IMG/VR virus record: IMGVR_UViG_3300025141_012176
Coordinates: 1 to 54,973 of that record
Source of the DNA: a virus
Taxonomy: Duplodnaviria; Caudoviricetes
Length of the DNA: 54,973 nt
Direction: 5' to 3' (one strand)
The position numbers and the translations under genes were made by a program. The notes under the pieces are model-generated. The model was not told where the DNA came from, did not search any database, and saw only the letters and a list, made by a program, of their open reading frames with translations. Shown here in pieces: positions 20,201 through 27,781 of this stretch. Each line of letters begins with the position of its first letter. Position 1 is the stretch's first letter.

Positions 20201-23133
20201 CACCCCGCGCCGGCTCTGCTTGTCAGGTCGGAAGAACCAGACGATATATCATCAACATAAAAGATTGAGTCTGCCGATGATGGGTCGCCTGAATCTGAGG
20301 ATGCTGAAATGACATTTCCAAAATCCCAGTGTAAGGCTAGCGTATCAATATGTGGGATGAATGAGCCGGTATTGGGCCCTGCAATAGTCTTTTGTCCCAA
20401 ATATGGACTTCGATATGGATGCTCAACACCATAGTTTCTTGGATCTTTAGCGTGAGCAATAATGGAGCTAGTTGGCAAATAAGATGCCCAGTAACGAACG
20501 CCAGATATTTTTGCATCACTTTTTTGTAGTGCGCTGCCAGTAAAGTCTGTACGGTGGCAGCCAACATACATTCTTTTATGTGCTCGCATGAATTTCTCTG
20601 CGGATGCGGTTCCAATCATCTGTGTCTTATGGAAAGATCTTTCGACGACTCCACCCCTAACATTTGTTCCAAAGAATTCTAATTTATAAGCATTAGCAGA
20701 ACTCCCTGTTACAAGATTTGTTATGCCATAATTTTCTGGGCGTACCGAAACAGAAAGGTTCCACTTCTCATTGTCGTACACTCCCTTGAACAGGCTCGTC
20801 GTTAATTCTGATATGGGCGACGGAGTAGTGGAAGTTAGCGAGAAATACCCATCAGCAGATTCACGATTTGGCTTAATTAAATATACTTGGAAGTTTGCAT
20901 CATCAGGGTCACGCCAGCCAGTACTGGCTGCTGTTTCGCCCTTTGCCGTATGCATACCAAAAATTGAGGCGCTCTGGAATGGCGTGTCGAAATAGAACGA
21001 ATTACGAATGTCTGGCTTTATCGGGAATATTGCCTCGCACTCTGCCGTAAAGCCTAAGTGAGATTCTGCCCTCTCAAGGCTGCCAGTCAAACTTCCAGAG
21101 ATAAAGCCTACGGTATTTGAGTTGCTGGGGTCTGCATATTGATATACAGTTGAAGAGAATTTGTCCGGATCGTTAAAGTTGACATATCTTTTCTTTACTA
21201 CTGTTTCTCGGTAGCTATCTCTCAGATTGTGGTCAGCGTTGTTGGCGTAAAGATTTAGCCGCACAATGTCTTCGTCAACACCGAAACAATGAAGCAGGTT
21301 TCTGATAGATTTTGTTGTACCTTTTGTCTTGAAGATATAAGAAAGGTTGTTATAAATGTTTTGATAAATTAAGTTCTTAACATCATCCACATCTTCTTTA
21401 AAGTTGCGATCTTCGTCGCGCTGCATCATGATATTTAAAACATCAGCCTCAATGAATAGCTCAGGTGTTGATATGCCGAGATTTGAAATTAAATTTGAAG
21501 CAAAAGGATATGGCTTGTGGCTTGACGACATATATCCTGGCGCCTTGACTTTCGGCAATTGCCCAATCATCAGATGCAAGTTGTCAAAATAAGAACCAAC
21601 TAGCTGAACCATGTTTTTGAAAGTTCCATCTCCAGATGTATCATCTTCTTCTGAAATCCAATGTGGTATTGACATCAATAGAGATGAATTGTTTTGGCTG
21701 TCCCAGTCTGAACCTGAGATTGCTAACGATGAACTTAAGCCAGAAACCAGTGAATGTCCCGTATATATGATTGGATCTTCGAACTCCTTGTCAGCGGCTG
21801 AAGCCTCTAGGATAGCAGAGCCTGTATTTCTGGAAGCGCTGTCTGGGTAACCTACCCACACTCCATTAGATATCCTGCCTGAATAATCTAAAACTGTCGA
21901 GTCTGTTGTTGAGTTGCCAGTTATACCTTCATTAAATTTATAGTAAACTCCAAGGGACGCGTTTGCTATGTCTGTATTTGAGCCGCCACGAACTTGCGTG
22001 AACCAACTCCTTCCAATCTCTTTGTGGCTTCTAGCTTCTTTCCAGAACCTAAACTCATCCATAGATGCAGATAGTTTGCCCCATCCTTGAGTCGGATCAG
22101 TATATGCACCGGAGGGCGCTGTCCTCAGTGCTCCGATATTTGCAGTGAGCGATCCAGTTATTTCTCCGAGAGTAGCAGAGCCAGTGCCAACGGTATGATT
22201 AAGGTTGCCATTTACAAATAGCCTGATTTGTTGTTTTGAGCCGGAGTTTGCGACTGTAATTGCATAGTGATTCCAGTCTTCCATGAAGCCAGTTGTAACA
22301 GTGCTGTCGCCTATAGGAACATTATGGACTCCGCCGCCTAGGCTGCCGGCGTGGCTGCCAGACAATATAGTAACTCGAAATGGCGAGCCTGAGGCGCCGC
22401 CTGTCAATTCAACTCTAAATCTACCATAGTTGCCTGCCGTCTTTGCAGCGCCATTCCAAAGATCAAAAATAACCTCTTTTTGTGTCTTAGTCAAATCCCA
22501 TGCCGGCTTCTTAAGCCAGAACTCTACTGTAACTCCGTTGTCAAGATTTGTTCTCAAGTTTGAGAGTCGACTTCCTAGCCTGTCGCTTTGCAAAGCTTTG
22601 TTTGTTGAATAAATGTCAGTATCATAATAGTTCGAACCAGTAAATGTCGTTGCCAAGCTGCCCGTTGGCATGCCACCAGAAGCAGTGTGTGGGCCGCCGG
22701 TGATTCTAATATATTCATAAGAAGCAGTAGCGGGGGCGCCATAGCCTCCAAGATCATTTGTTTCATATGACTGCAAGTCGCCGAAGTTGCGTCCAAGTAT
22801 TGCGTAACCATTGGTTCGTGGGTATTTCTCTTCCAAAACCCATTTGGTAACATTTCCAGCATCATTTAAGAATTTTTGTTGTTCAGCTTCGGAGCCATCA
22901 TATGGCCACTGGTTTGCAATAACGCTCATGGCATCCATATAATATTTCTCGGCAGAGCCATACATGGCAAAGTTTGATGCAGTTGCCCAGTTAATATTGG
23001 GAACTACAGTATCCTTCTGAACCTGTCTTTGTTTAATCTGATCGGCAGATTCCGCATCGGCAGTTCCAAGCCTATCTAAATCTTTACTTGTAACTATACC
23101 TTTTTGATTTTGAAAAAATTCTCTAGCAGACAT
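11230..23133 (-). CDS. giant virion/baseplate structural protein with LamG (concanavalin A-like) domains and two inserted ATAT...FTGG modules
   Basis: 3967-aa ORF; LamG-type motifs TVEFWLK...WNHYAITV...IRLFVNG...MDEFRFW and TIAAWIR...WTLVAVTFDG...FSGAIAECMIWD; IFKTKGTTKSIRNLLHCFG resembles baseplate wedge (gpI/gp7-like) motif. Confidence 0.75.
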   Translation of the reverse strand: MSAREFFQNQKGIVTSKDLDRLGTADAESADQIKQRQVQKDTVVPNINWATASNFAMYGSAEKYYMDAMSVIANQWPYDGSEAEQQKFLNDAGNVTKWVLEEKYPRTNGYAILGRNFGDLQSYETNDLGGYGAPATASYEYIRITGGPHTASGGMPTGSLATTFTGSNYYDTDIYSTNKALQSDRLGSRLSNLRTNLDNGVTVEFWLKKPAWDLTKTQKEVIFDLWNGAAKTAGNYGRFRVELTGGASGSPFRVTILSGSHAGSLGGGVHNVPIGDSTVTTGFMEDWNHYAITVANSGSKQQIRLFVNGNLNHTVGTGSATLGEITGSLTANIGALRTAPSGAYTDPTQGWGKLSASMDEFRFWKEARSHKEIGRSWFTQVRGGSNTDIANASLGVYYKFNEGITGNSTTDSTVLDYSGRISNGVWVGYPDSASRNTGSAILEASAADKEFEDPIIYTGHSLVSGLSSSLAISGSDWDSQNNSSLLMSIPHWISEEDDTSGDGTFKNMVQLVGSYFDNLHLMIGQLPKVKAPGYMSSSHKPYPFASNLISNLGISTPELFIEADVLNIMMQRDEDRNFKEDVDDVKNLIYQNIYNNLSYIFKTKGTTKSIRNLLHCFGVDEDIVRLNLYANNADHNLRDSYRETVVKKRYVNFNDPDKFSSTVYQYADPSNSNTVGFISGSLTGSLERAESHLGFTAECEAIFPIKPDIRNSFYFDTPFQSASIFGMHTAKGETAASTGWRDPDDANFQVYLIKPNRESADGYFSLTSTTPSPISELTTSLFKGVYDNEKWNLSVSVRPENYGITNLVTGSSANAYKLEFFGTNVRGGVVERSFHKTQMIGTASAEKFMRAHKRMYVGCHRTDFTGSALQKSDAKISGVRYWASYLPTSSIIAHAKDPRNYGVEHPYRSPYLGQKTIAGPNTGSFIPHIDTLALHWDFGNVISASSDSGDPSSADSIFYVDDISSGSSDLTSRAGAGWGYSWLGNIAKKQHSGKGDFFLPPESGDGNAIDFNFVGASRLQPPENIDSNDMIQITTEADEAKDFSAEDRITDYFYSIEKSMYRTMSEEMMNFFGSIVGFNNLIGEPVNRYRPQYKDIEKLKQLFFDRIGNTPQLDKYVDYYKWIDSSIAEFIRQLVPASANISEDVRTMVESHVLERNKYWSKFPTIEFKAEDPEASLFGISEMLYDWEHGHAPLPDTAATATFVGTTALAGEDGTNLILTNADGSTVTFHTDPTKNFGDTSNDDGDHRWIINTGGDFSSEGIRKATQAFHIACLTAIAAGELDMTAVPATNTGTQTSFTLTQTTLGEDGNTAITLVTGMTANGETAFTGGSTPEEKNALWWRERAAREHSRLTSATPELDRDRNVIRDRITTHVSASGIGSVTTKGGTAFKTKKYPRRVFTRTYNFETNNLRHIGGGINFNKNKKLGFIRSRILKNAMGASVLAVSASEVYNFPNIDDVQNPSAKRMYTFKAFTDANQNNDFTNSGKGHLIAPFNLVSSSVSTGYQTDVVLWSPPLSGSASVQITNLHTDAYGPDKEIPMQGPFPEKYVGGYFNRHVDLNYADSNKSLDERHNRPEAWDLSFSNTTNAQSAIVFSRPAGHTPSALWSRDFGRKCHYNIKNIKQITGSTATGSTTTSPTKIGNYTFNYDVVQIAGRSSNNRFLKRSYSNDDTIGKSNVAPLPGLIHSGASALPATTNVHTLIAVRPEDANDHGPSFITSPTTADDSPSLDRDTSLRFAQQNSGSTAATATFVGTAALNGADGTNIILTNADGSTVTFHTDPTKNFGDTSSDGGDHIWEVNTGGISGGSEVRKATQAFHIACLAAIAALELDMTAVPATDTGTQTSFTLTQTTAGTAGNTAITLVTGMTANGETTFTGGTAATSATVFTLPRRDLTGSDSVIVSRFSSPGGPEQMSRGFLDKNAEEYSVYNALPFRNLSVLGSGSGEANTMRVRDHLNTTYGLRTHLARYSGQFGHDQQIGSVSSTTYVTNPSLHKTNRNRLKRMELSGTPTYVAHNATTFDGIAMDAAGGVSTRVRDDRVEIEDEGGLTALNYFDDIFGSDGTDKCTIAAWIRWDGIGDHSDLTAGERGWQSIFCAGFMNKNTFKAGRGLMFGISGSEADNAKLFFHRAYAGGSADDRSLVVKTSDKCINPGVWTLVAVTFDGTSNALGPVAAGEGGVNQNDGYQDAQGALPTFYVWERDSDYAKYASGSIEYATSRGGFIGDPRFGDASDSAPVTFASPNELAPMIGNGAGTATSGSNYDTCTFSGAIAECMIWDGILNDPEVWSINRNYDDYLSWGPQALTESHAAENANLCAWYKLGGGDTAAVSDVSTGSATGRIFDATASAGTVGDSTSLVSHYPTYVTSSKYDNGYISHMIPRSDMQYSWITASLASSGSRVLGYAPYSGRVSSSAVRTRDGVLVRQGWENALNFVSASELVSVVKDGERRFAKDKSNVGSGQTGLMFTDFVGLNTNIREPITSSLAASTNNLGFAISKDATYYINIGSPGELADAGAEDFVTGGFINSAVKPALNTLESGSPGSVGALNCLLLHRNGPYGYPSWKQIRTGEHPVARYQRKNNIYSIVRAGEVANFDSAAPTVASEFGTIDVFERITPVSSKYRPVEHAVTLYTEGLTYDEASNNYTFFYDPANEPPLKVIVGTTHGNDLVYFDDSKVDASASVSLVVRSVTAYDLVKDQYANGALLGLESSVENLTSISYKEIIYPSSENMYDNRVRQRYNYTNNFWRKNRADRHITAPPTTTGQALKHSMWPLDAFDTFASGTEVSVTASGVTAISGELMNTHTYFHNIGASLAGASGSIGQPSSIVIDYSAISAVANASPCYIRPHLLSSTASVTNPNRPVAAGRLANSDGHTDRNWAGSASIGYGYAEWQVAESAGRYDLSAGQVGRAAWVSGSSDPWYKDYDSYATEIRAQAKDYSIIPEFRIGDNIGFYVVTNQGNVLADQQNMFEIIGQDNSSDTYPQSSVTASFYEIYSTSDFMKNFATIKSDLEGVAEPAKLTLTCRAAIKFLPYDGFYPCERTLALAKQFSSSYASSVSFEGGIAATNEDGFDAANAPTKGSWRAFLQPMMAPGILFNSIKSGLAVDYPIMTHGSKIRKTKLGNSDYWGLGFDGVGESPLFDEDGRNGNNKTDPDNITNQSFNLGTFYDERLLIKTNADIGNTASLDYNAGVWDYRIPFEAILNPEKYILNTPLIDHEPDPRVRIDVTASWDGGGNFLYKMMANNFCAEVSNFFLNDGQNTKITSRGEDAMNLAIQGGDIYGARVKLRRSMNKARSWDEDVTEGGGSNTAIKDTFAATGSYELPQDPRNQTGMVETFTMYSRPSAFGPPVWGRIHQKIHMNTYNTGSNNFHRESMSGSDWGTMDSLEGYYWSFTPPYYDGEAWADILFAPSSTKEYTLDELMSEVKIQYWRHDPGIHDPNAGNFAAVKTLADERYPKFTTNGMHSSSLYSGENINRNAMQISASLNLLSQEITDTFQVTVNKATGKTEISNLADQKVWTIQPKFETPMFNFNPSYNPAQRASDLTIPTHGSESVPSGMWHQYGAIENSAHRGIFMEINDIPQNWLQNHGWPRTTDIYQSSLSSTLTGADLEYQRMQDAANMKSLVDLVGFDSTPTKLGQIRDTLTVEEAIVAVPFIEKSGEKSFFALEPNQVAQALGRPLAVEFEPAGPSIMEQINMMGRFILPPTFDFVTNEDVPPIAMYIFPFSYTFDQDDLAHIWQNVAPPCSKKLSLAEASISHDLLLNELMGYANEEEAKFADIGAQKAFAGQFGDITMVNAPFQDKVQWMVFKAKQKGKINYYETIAGGESTQDTTLTDAWESAAGAQKSLPFGTNTNPNYGYNWPYDYFSIIESAQIESEIGFTPLFSVVQALENNAGKVGGKEEADLNDGSGSKRDQHKAGGQDFGKAGVGGDGGDGGGGGGGGAWDGPPGKAPDPNNPGFLLDGSDDPDYEAQ
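11318..11365. repeat. GC-rich low-complexity repeat encoding poly-Gly
   Basis: ccgcctccgccgcctccgcctccgtcgcctccgtcgccgccc, encoding GGDGGDGGGGGGGGA near the C-terminus of the 3967-aa protein. Confidence 0.8.
17503..17904 (-). repeat. in-frame insertion module, copy D (134 aa, TAATAT...FTGG)
   Basis: 402 nt; near-identical to 19144-19545 and homologous to the 24245-25042 copies at both protein and DNA level. Confidence 0.9.
19144..19545 (-). repeat. in-frame insertion module, copy C (134 aa, TAATAT...FTGG)
   Basis: 402 nt; shares long identical DNA runs with copy D, e.g. gtttcaccattggccgtcatgccagttactaaagttattgctgt. Confidence 0.9.
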
Positions 23134-23140
23134 TAATCAC

Positions 23141-25507
23141 CTAGTCCTCGACATCTTCTACTCTAAATTTAAATGTTTCTGGCTGTTCTACCCACTGGCT
23201 TACTGCTCCGTTGTAATACGCGAAATTCATGCCATATGCATATCCGCCCTCAAGAACATTCATATCTAAGTCTAGGTAATTTCCAGAAACATCAAACGAT
23301 AGTAGTGTGTGCAAAGTAGATCCTGTTCCGTATGGTATCACTTCTAAGTTGTCAATAACCCGATGTACCCTGAACGAAGCGCTCTCAATTGTGGTATTCG
23401 AAATAGCAGTAGACGCTTTAGTATAAATAGTTGGGCTCCAATCTTTTTCGCGGACGAACAATCTAAATCTGGCTGACTTCTCTCTTCTATTGTACTCTGG
23501 GCGAAGGTTCGTTATGGCGGTAACATAAGTCGGATCCGGGCTGTAATTGCTAGCCTTAAGTCGAGTTGCTGTGAATGAGCCTGTGTGATATTCTGTTGTC
23601 GCCTTCCACCATACATCATAATATGTCTGCGGTGCGGCGGAGGAAGATGTCAAGCAGAAACTAGCGCTATATATTCCAGTGGATACATATCCACCAGTCA
23701 TAGCAGTCTTAGATGTGTCATTAACATGTGTGCCGTCTTTGTGAAGCTCCAATTTATCACCGGATGGCTCAGTATCATCAGATGAGCCAGAAAATAGACT
23801 GACATACACCTGCCCTGTTCCAAGATCTGGTACATTTCTTAACTGGCCTCTGAAATAATTGTAGAAATATATTGTATTAAGATTTTCATCTGCCGTCATC
23901 AAAGAGCTACTGAAATATATATTTCCCCTTTCATCTTTTGTTCTTGAATCCCATCTTGCCTCAATGTATGGGCGCTTAAAGAAATACTCGCTTGTTCTGC
24001 CGAAAAACTTTTTAGTATAATATGAATTTGTTGAGCCTGTCAAGTTGGTGGAAGAGGATGCCTCGCTGCTGGCTGTTATCATCACGCCAATTCCATAATC
24101 AGCAATCGGGGTACCATCTATCCACTCCTCTACTAGATGAGTAATATCAAGCTCGATATCTTCAGTGCCTTTGTCAAAATAGACACTATAATTGGATCCT
24201 GTAAGATAATCTCCTCCTGGGGACGCCCAAGTTCCGTGTGGTATGCCACCAGTAAAAGCAGTTTCACCATCTGCCGTCACACCAGTTATTAAAGTTATAG
24301 CTGTATTTCCAGCAGTCCCAACAGTAGTTTGAGTTAGTGTAAACTCTTCTTCGTCACCCCAGGTAGTGGGACTAATCGTCATGTCTAATTCGCCGGCGTC
24401 AATTGCACCTTTACATGCAATCCAGAATGCCTGCGTAGCCTTCCTGACTTCGCTGCCTCCACTGATGCCTTCGGTGTTGACTCTCCACCGTTGTCCTATG
24501 CCGCCGGTAAAAGCAGTTTCACCATCTGCCGTCACACCGGTTATTAAAGTTATTGCTGTATTGCCATCAGTCCCAACAGTAGTTTGAGTTAGTGTAAACT
24601 CTTCTTCGTCACCCCAGGTAGTGGGACTAATCGTCATGTCTAGTACACCGGCGTCTATTGCTGCCTTGCATGCAATCCAGAATGCCTGCGTAGCCTTTCT
24701 GACTTCGCTGCCTCCGGAAATATCTCTGGTGTTAACAGTGAAGGGTGACGCTGTTTCGTCGACCGTATCGCCAAAGTTCTTGGTAGGATCCGTGGTAAAT
24801 GTTATAATTTCGCCATCAGCATTTACCAATTTAAAAGATGTGCCATCTGCGTCGTCCAAGGATGCATTTCCTATAATTGTCGCTGTAGCCGCGGCGGTGA
24901 GATCGGCGGTGACATCGCCGAAGTTGAGAGTGGGATCCGTAGTAAATGTTACAGTTGATGCATCAGCATTTACCAATATCAAAGATGTACCACTTGCGTC
25001 GTCCAAGGATGCATTTCCTATAATTGTCGCGGTGGCAGAAGTAGGTACACTATTGAGCGTGCTTCCGTTGGCATATATCCAGTTTGAGCCGATATTACCA
25101 TTGACAAGATCTTTATACTCGAACATATCCAAGCCTGTTCCTTCTTGCCACGAAGCTGATACCGGCGACACACTAAGATAGAAGGCACGCGGCGTGGTTT
25201 GAGAATGCGGTGCATTAAACATCCTCAAATAGAAATTCACAGAGCCGGATGCAGGAATAGTTGTCGCTGTTCTATCCGATTCTATGGAATTTGTGCCCGT
25301 CACTGGAAACTTTATAAGGAATCTTGACAACTCTGAACTGCTAGCGGCGTTTGATACCGATGCTGTTGCCGATTGTCCGTATATAGAGAACACTTCCAAA
25401 ATATCAGAAGCGCCCATGTTGGATCCAGTTGCCCTTGTGCTTAGATTTTCAAGATAAGCATTAGTAATTGTGTTGTCTGCGGTTGCCCAATATCTTTTTA
25501 TTGCCAT
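23141..25507 (-). CDS. virion/baseplate structural protein carrying nested ATAT...FTGG modules
   Basis: 788 aa, directly downstream of gp6-like gene with TAATG overlap; WQEGTG...W...GGDY...DITHLVEEWIDG...GIGV...KFFGR...RPYIEARW resembles DNRLRE/CBM96-like domains. Confidence 0.7.
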   Translation of the reverse strand: MAIKRYWATADNTITNAYLENLSTRATGSNMGASDILEVFSIYGQSATASVSNAASSSELSRFLIKFPVTGTNSIESDRTATTIPASGSVNFYLRMFNAPHSQTTPRAFYLSVSPVSASWQEGTGLDMFEYKDLVNGNIGSNWIYANGSTLNSVPTSATATIIGNASLDDASGTSLILVNADASTVTFTTDPTLNFGDVTADLTAAATATIIGNASLDDADGTSFKLVNADGEIITFTTDPTKNFGDTVDETASPFTVNTRDISGGSEVRKATQAFWIACKAAIDAGVLDMTISPTTWGDEEEFTLTQTTVGTDGNTAITLITGVTADGETAFTGGIGQRWRVNTEGISGGSEVRKATQAFWIACKGAIDAGELDMTISPTTWGDEEEFTLTQTTVGTAGNTAITLITGVTADGETAFTGGIPHGTWASPGGDYLTGSNYSVYFDKGTEDIELDITHLVEEWIDGTPIADYGIGVMITASSEASSSTNLTGSTNSYYTKKFFGRTSEYFFKRPYIEARWDSRTKDERGNIYFSSSLMTADENLNTIYFYNYFRGQLRNVPDLGTGQVYVSLFSGSSDDTEPSGDKLELHKDGTHVNDTSKTAMTGGYVSTGIYSASFCLTSSSAAPQTYYDVWWKATTEYHTGSFTATRLKASNYSPDPTYVTAITNLRPEYNRREKSARFRLFVREKDWSPTIYTKASTAISNTTIESASFRVHRVIDNLEVIPYGTGSTLHTLLSFDVSGNYLDLDMNVLEGGYAYGMNFAYYNGAVSQWVEQPETFKFRVEDVED
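24245..25042 (-). repeat. in-frame insertion module, outer copy A (split by copy B)
   Basis: N-half TSATATIIG...NFGDVTADL (25042-~24899) and C-half IGQRWRVNTEG...FTGG (24499-24245) flank a complete inner copy. Confidence 0.85.
24500..24895 (-). repeat. in-frame insertion module, inner copy B (132 aa)
   Basis: AAATATIIG...NFGDTVDETASPFTVNT...RKATQAFW...FTGG; its C-half is almost identical in DNA to 24245-24480. Confidence 0.85.
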
Positions 25508-27309
25508 TACATTATTGTCCCTTTAATATCGGCATCAGGAAATTTAATCTCAAATGCTACATTATGTGGCATTATTATATATCTTCCATCTGGAGATGTA
25601 TTCGCGGCGATGCTGAATCGATAATCAGAATAATTTCCGCCGACATTCTGGGTTACTTTGACTCTTTTGACATCTGAAACGCCCTCAACTTTATTTAGAG
25701 CAGTTTGAATTTCTGAGATGTAGAACGGCTCTCCAATATATGTTGGGTTCGCGTATTTCGCTTTAAGCATATCTTGTGTTGCCTGAAGAACATCATACTT
25801 ATTCGAATCATGTGTCGCGACGACGGTGTACTCAATTTGTATGTTGATAATTTTTCCATCAATTATGTCTATTGTGTCGTTCATCATCTTATATTGTGCC
25901 AGCCAAGTCTTAAGATTGTTCTTTACAGTGTTGTTTGCTGATGTTAAATATCCGTTACTGTCCTCACCCAATACATAAAGATTAAGATTTCTTTTTATTG
26001 AATCCAAGTCTCTAACAATTCTACACCTCCTTATGGCGCCATACCTTTCTGGCATTGCATATGTAAGCGCTTCATAATCTCTTTTCGTGACTGCCCTGTT
26101 TTGCGTAGCGAAGTGATCTAGAGTTCTTCTCTTTAGTTCGTCCGTAGTCGGCAGAGAAACATCTCCAATGATTGGCTCTTCGTTGTAAACCTCAAAAGAA
26201 TTAATCACATCATCTTTCTTTGACTTAACAAGAACGAGAGGGTTTGCAAACTCTACAAAAGTATTGCCAACTTTAGTTATGCCACCAACAGCGGCATTAG
26301 CGTTGGCAGCCGTTACTGTTCGATATGTTATGTCAACATTCGTATTGGAAGGCGCCACGCCAAACTTATCTGTACCCAGAAGTTTCGATGGATCGAAGGT
26401 GGTGTCCGTTATGTAATCTCTGCCAAACATATCAAGCACAACATTAGTTGGCTCCGCCACAGAAGACCCTGTAAGCTCTGAGTCTGACCCAAATCCGAAT
26501 TGCAAATAAGTATTGTTTCTTTCCCTTTCAACCACAAATCTTCGTGGCACCACAAATGGCTTTAATATGGAAGACACTCCGTCAGACGAGGCTTCCGAGT
26601 TTACAATATCTTTATAGACGACATTTTGTGACAAGTAATCAACCTCGTAATACTGGTGCCCCTCATCATCAACCACTTTCAAAATCTCTGCAATGTTAGA
26701 TGCTGGAACTTTTACTCTTAAAAACCTTTCATAGCCTCCAACTGTAATCGTCTTTTGTCCCATTAGCCCAGATATAATCCTCGCGTAGGCTTTTATTGCA
26801 TAATGTGTTGGCAGCCCAGTGGAAGAATCCGTCCTAGCCACAACATGTGAATGTTTTGATGAATCGAAAAACAAATCTTCAACCAACAAGAAAGATGCAC
26901 CGTTGTCTCCTGAGAACGATGACCCCCTACGCAGAGTTGGTAAATAATTAGGATCAATGCCCATTCCACTAGTGGTGGCTGGGACTATTGCATAAATAGC
27001 TAGTACGCCATGGGTTGAAGGCGAGCCTCGAAACTTAAACCCCAGTTGCCGGGCATGTCTAAGGACATTGTTATATTCTAGCGCTGTATCCATAAAGGAC
27101 TCGTTAACTGCGTAGTCGAGATAGAAAGACAGAACATCACTGGTATAAGCAACCGTGTCAAGCATCAAAGAGCCGAAGGACGCTTCGCTAAAGTCTTTAT
27201 AAGTGTCGGGGTAATAAATCTTTGCCTGATCAATCAATTCGTTCTTGATCGAAGAGAAATCTCGACTAAGATAATTTATCTTTCTTGTGTGTTTTTTATC
27301 TCTTGCCAT
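25507..27309 (-). CDS. baseplate wedge subunit (T4 gp6 / baseplate J-like)
   Basis: INYLSRDFSSIKNEL, DVLSFYLD...NESFMDTA, LQFGFG, QNRAVTKRDY motifs typical of gp6; follows gp25. Confidence 0.88.
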   Translation of the reverse strand: MARDKKHTRKINYLSRDFSSIKNELIDQAKIYYPDTYKDFSEASFGSLMLDTVAYTSDVLSFYLDYAVNESFMDTALEYNNVLRHARQLGFKFRGSPSTHGVLAIYAIVPATTSGMGIDPNYLPTLRRGSSFSGDNGASFLLVEDLFFDSSKHSHVVARTDSSTGLPTHYAIKAYARIISGLMGQKTITVGGYERFLRVKVPASNIAEILKVVDDEGHQYYEVDYLSQNVVYKDIVNSEASSDGVSSILKPFVVPRRFVVERERNNTYLQFGFGSDSELTGSSVAEPTNVVLDMFGRDYITDTTFDPSKLLGTDKFGVAPSNTNVDITYRTVTAANANAAVGGITKVGNTFVEFANPLVLVKSKKDDVINSFEVYNEEPIIGDVSLPTTDELKRRTLDHFATQNRAVTKRDYEALTYAMPERYGAIRRCRIVRDLDSIKRNLNLYVLGEDSNGYLTSANNTVKNNLKTWLAQYKMMNDTIDIIDGKIINIQIEYTVVATHDSNKYDVLQATQDMLKAKYANPTYIGEPFYISEIQTALNKVEGVSDVKRVKVTQNVGGNYSDYRFSIAANTSPDGRYIIMPHNVAFEIKFPDADIKGTIM

Positions 27310-27329
27310 TGATAGCTTTAACTCCTAGT

Positions 27330-27728
27330 CTAGAAATTTAATTCTAATGTTGAATCAGCGCCGGACGGGATAACCTTGAATCTAATCGATATTCCAAGAA
27401 AGTTTGGATCCATATTCTCATATAAAGATGGAGACTCCGATTTTCCTGCGCTAGTGAAATTCACAGATGAAATATTAATATATGGAAGATATTTCTTTGC
27501 TTGTTTCTTTATTTTTGATTCTATTCTGCCCATTGTTTTTTGATTTAGTGGCTCAAATAAAAACTTCTTGAGCCCAACACCAAAATTTGGATCCATAATG
27601 CGCTCTCCGGGGACAGTCAGTAGTACCATTTTTAAGTTCTGTTTCGCAACTGAATTGATATCAGTTAGCGTCCCAAATCCGTATACGCCATCTCTAACAA
27701 ATGGTAATCTCGCTCCAAAACCTGACAT
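27330..27728 (-). CDS. baseplate wedge subunit gp25/GPW-like
   Basis: KQNLKMVLLTVPGERIMDPNFGVGLKKFLFE is the gp25/GPW signature. Confidence 0.92.
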   Translation of the reverse strand: MSGFGARLPFVRDGVYGFGTLTDINSVAKQNLKMVLLTVPGERIMDPNFGVGLKKFLFEPLNQKTMGRIESKIKKQAKKYLPYINISSVNFTSAGKSESPSLYENMDPNFLGISIRFKVIPSGADSTLELNF

Positions 27729-27753
27729 ATAGTTTTATTCCTTCTTCTTTCTA

Positions 27754-27760
27754 TAAATAG
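27754..27760 (-). promoter_or_regulatory. putative late promoter motif CTATTTA
   Basis: CTATTTATAG ~25 nt upstream of the gp25 ATG. Confidence 0.5.
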
Positions 27761-27781
27761 AAGCAATATCCATTTATAGCC

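Noticed and set aside
17503-25042. Repeated modules as inteins
   Set aside because: No Cys/Ser start with His-Asn end, no Hint block motifs; boundaries are ATAT and FTGG.
17503-25042. Repeated modules as diversity-generating retroelement TR/VR pairs
   Set aside because: No reverse transcriptase in the window, all copies are coding and internal, and differences are not confined to adenines.
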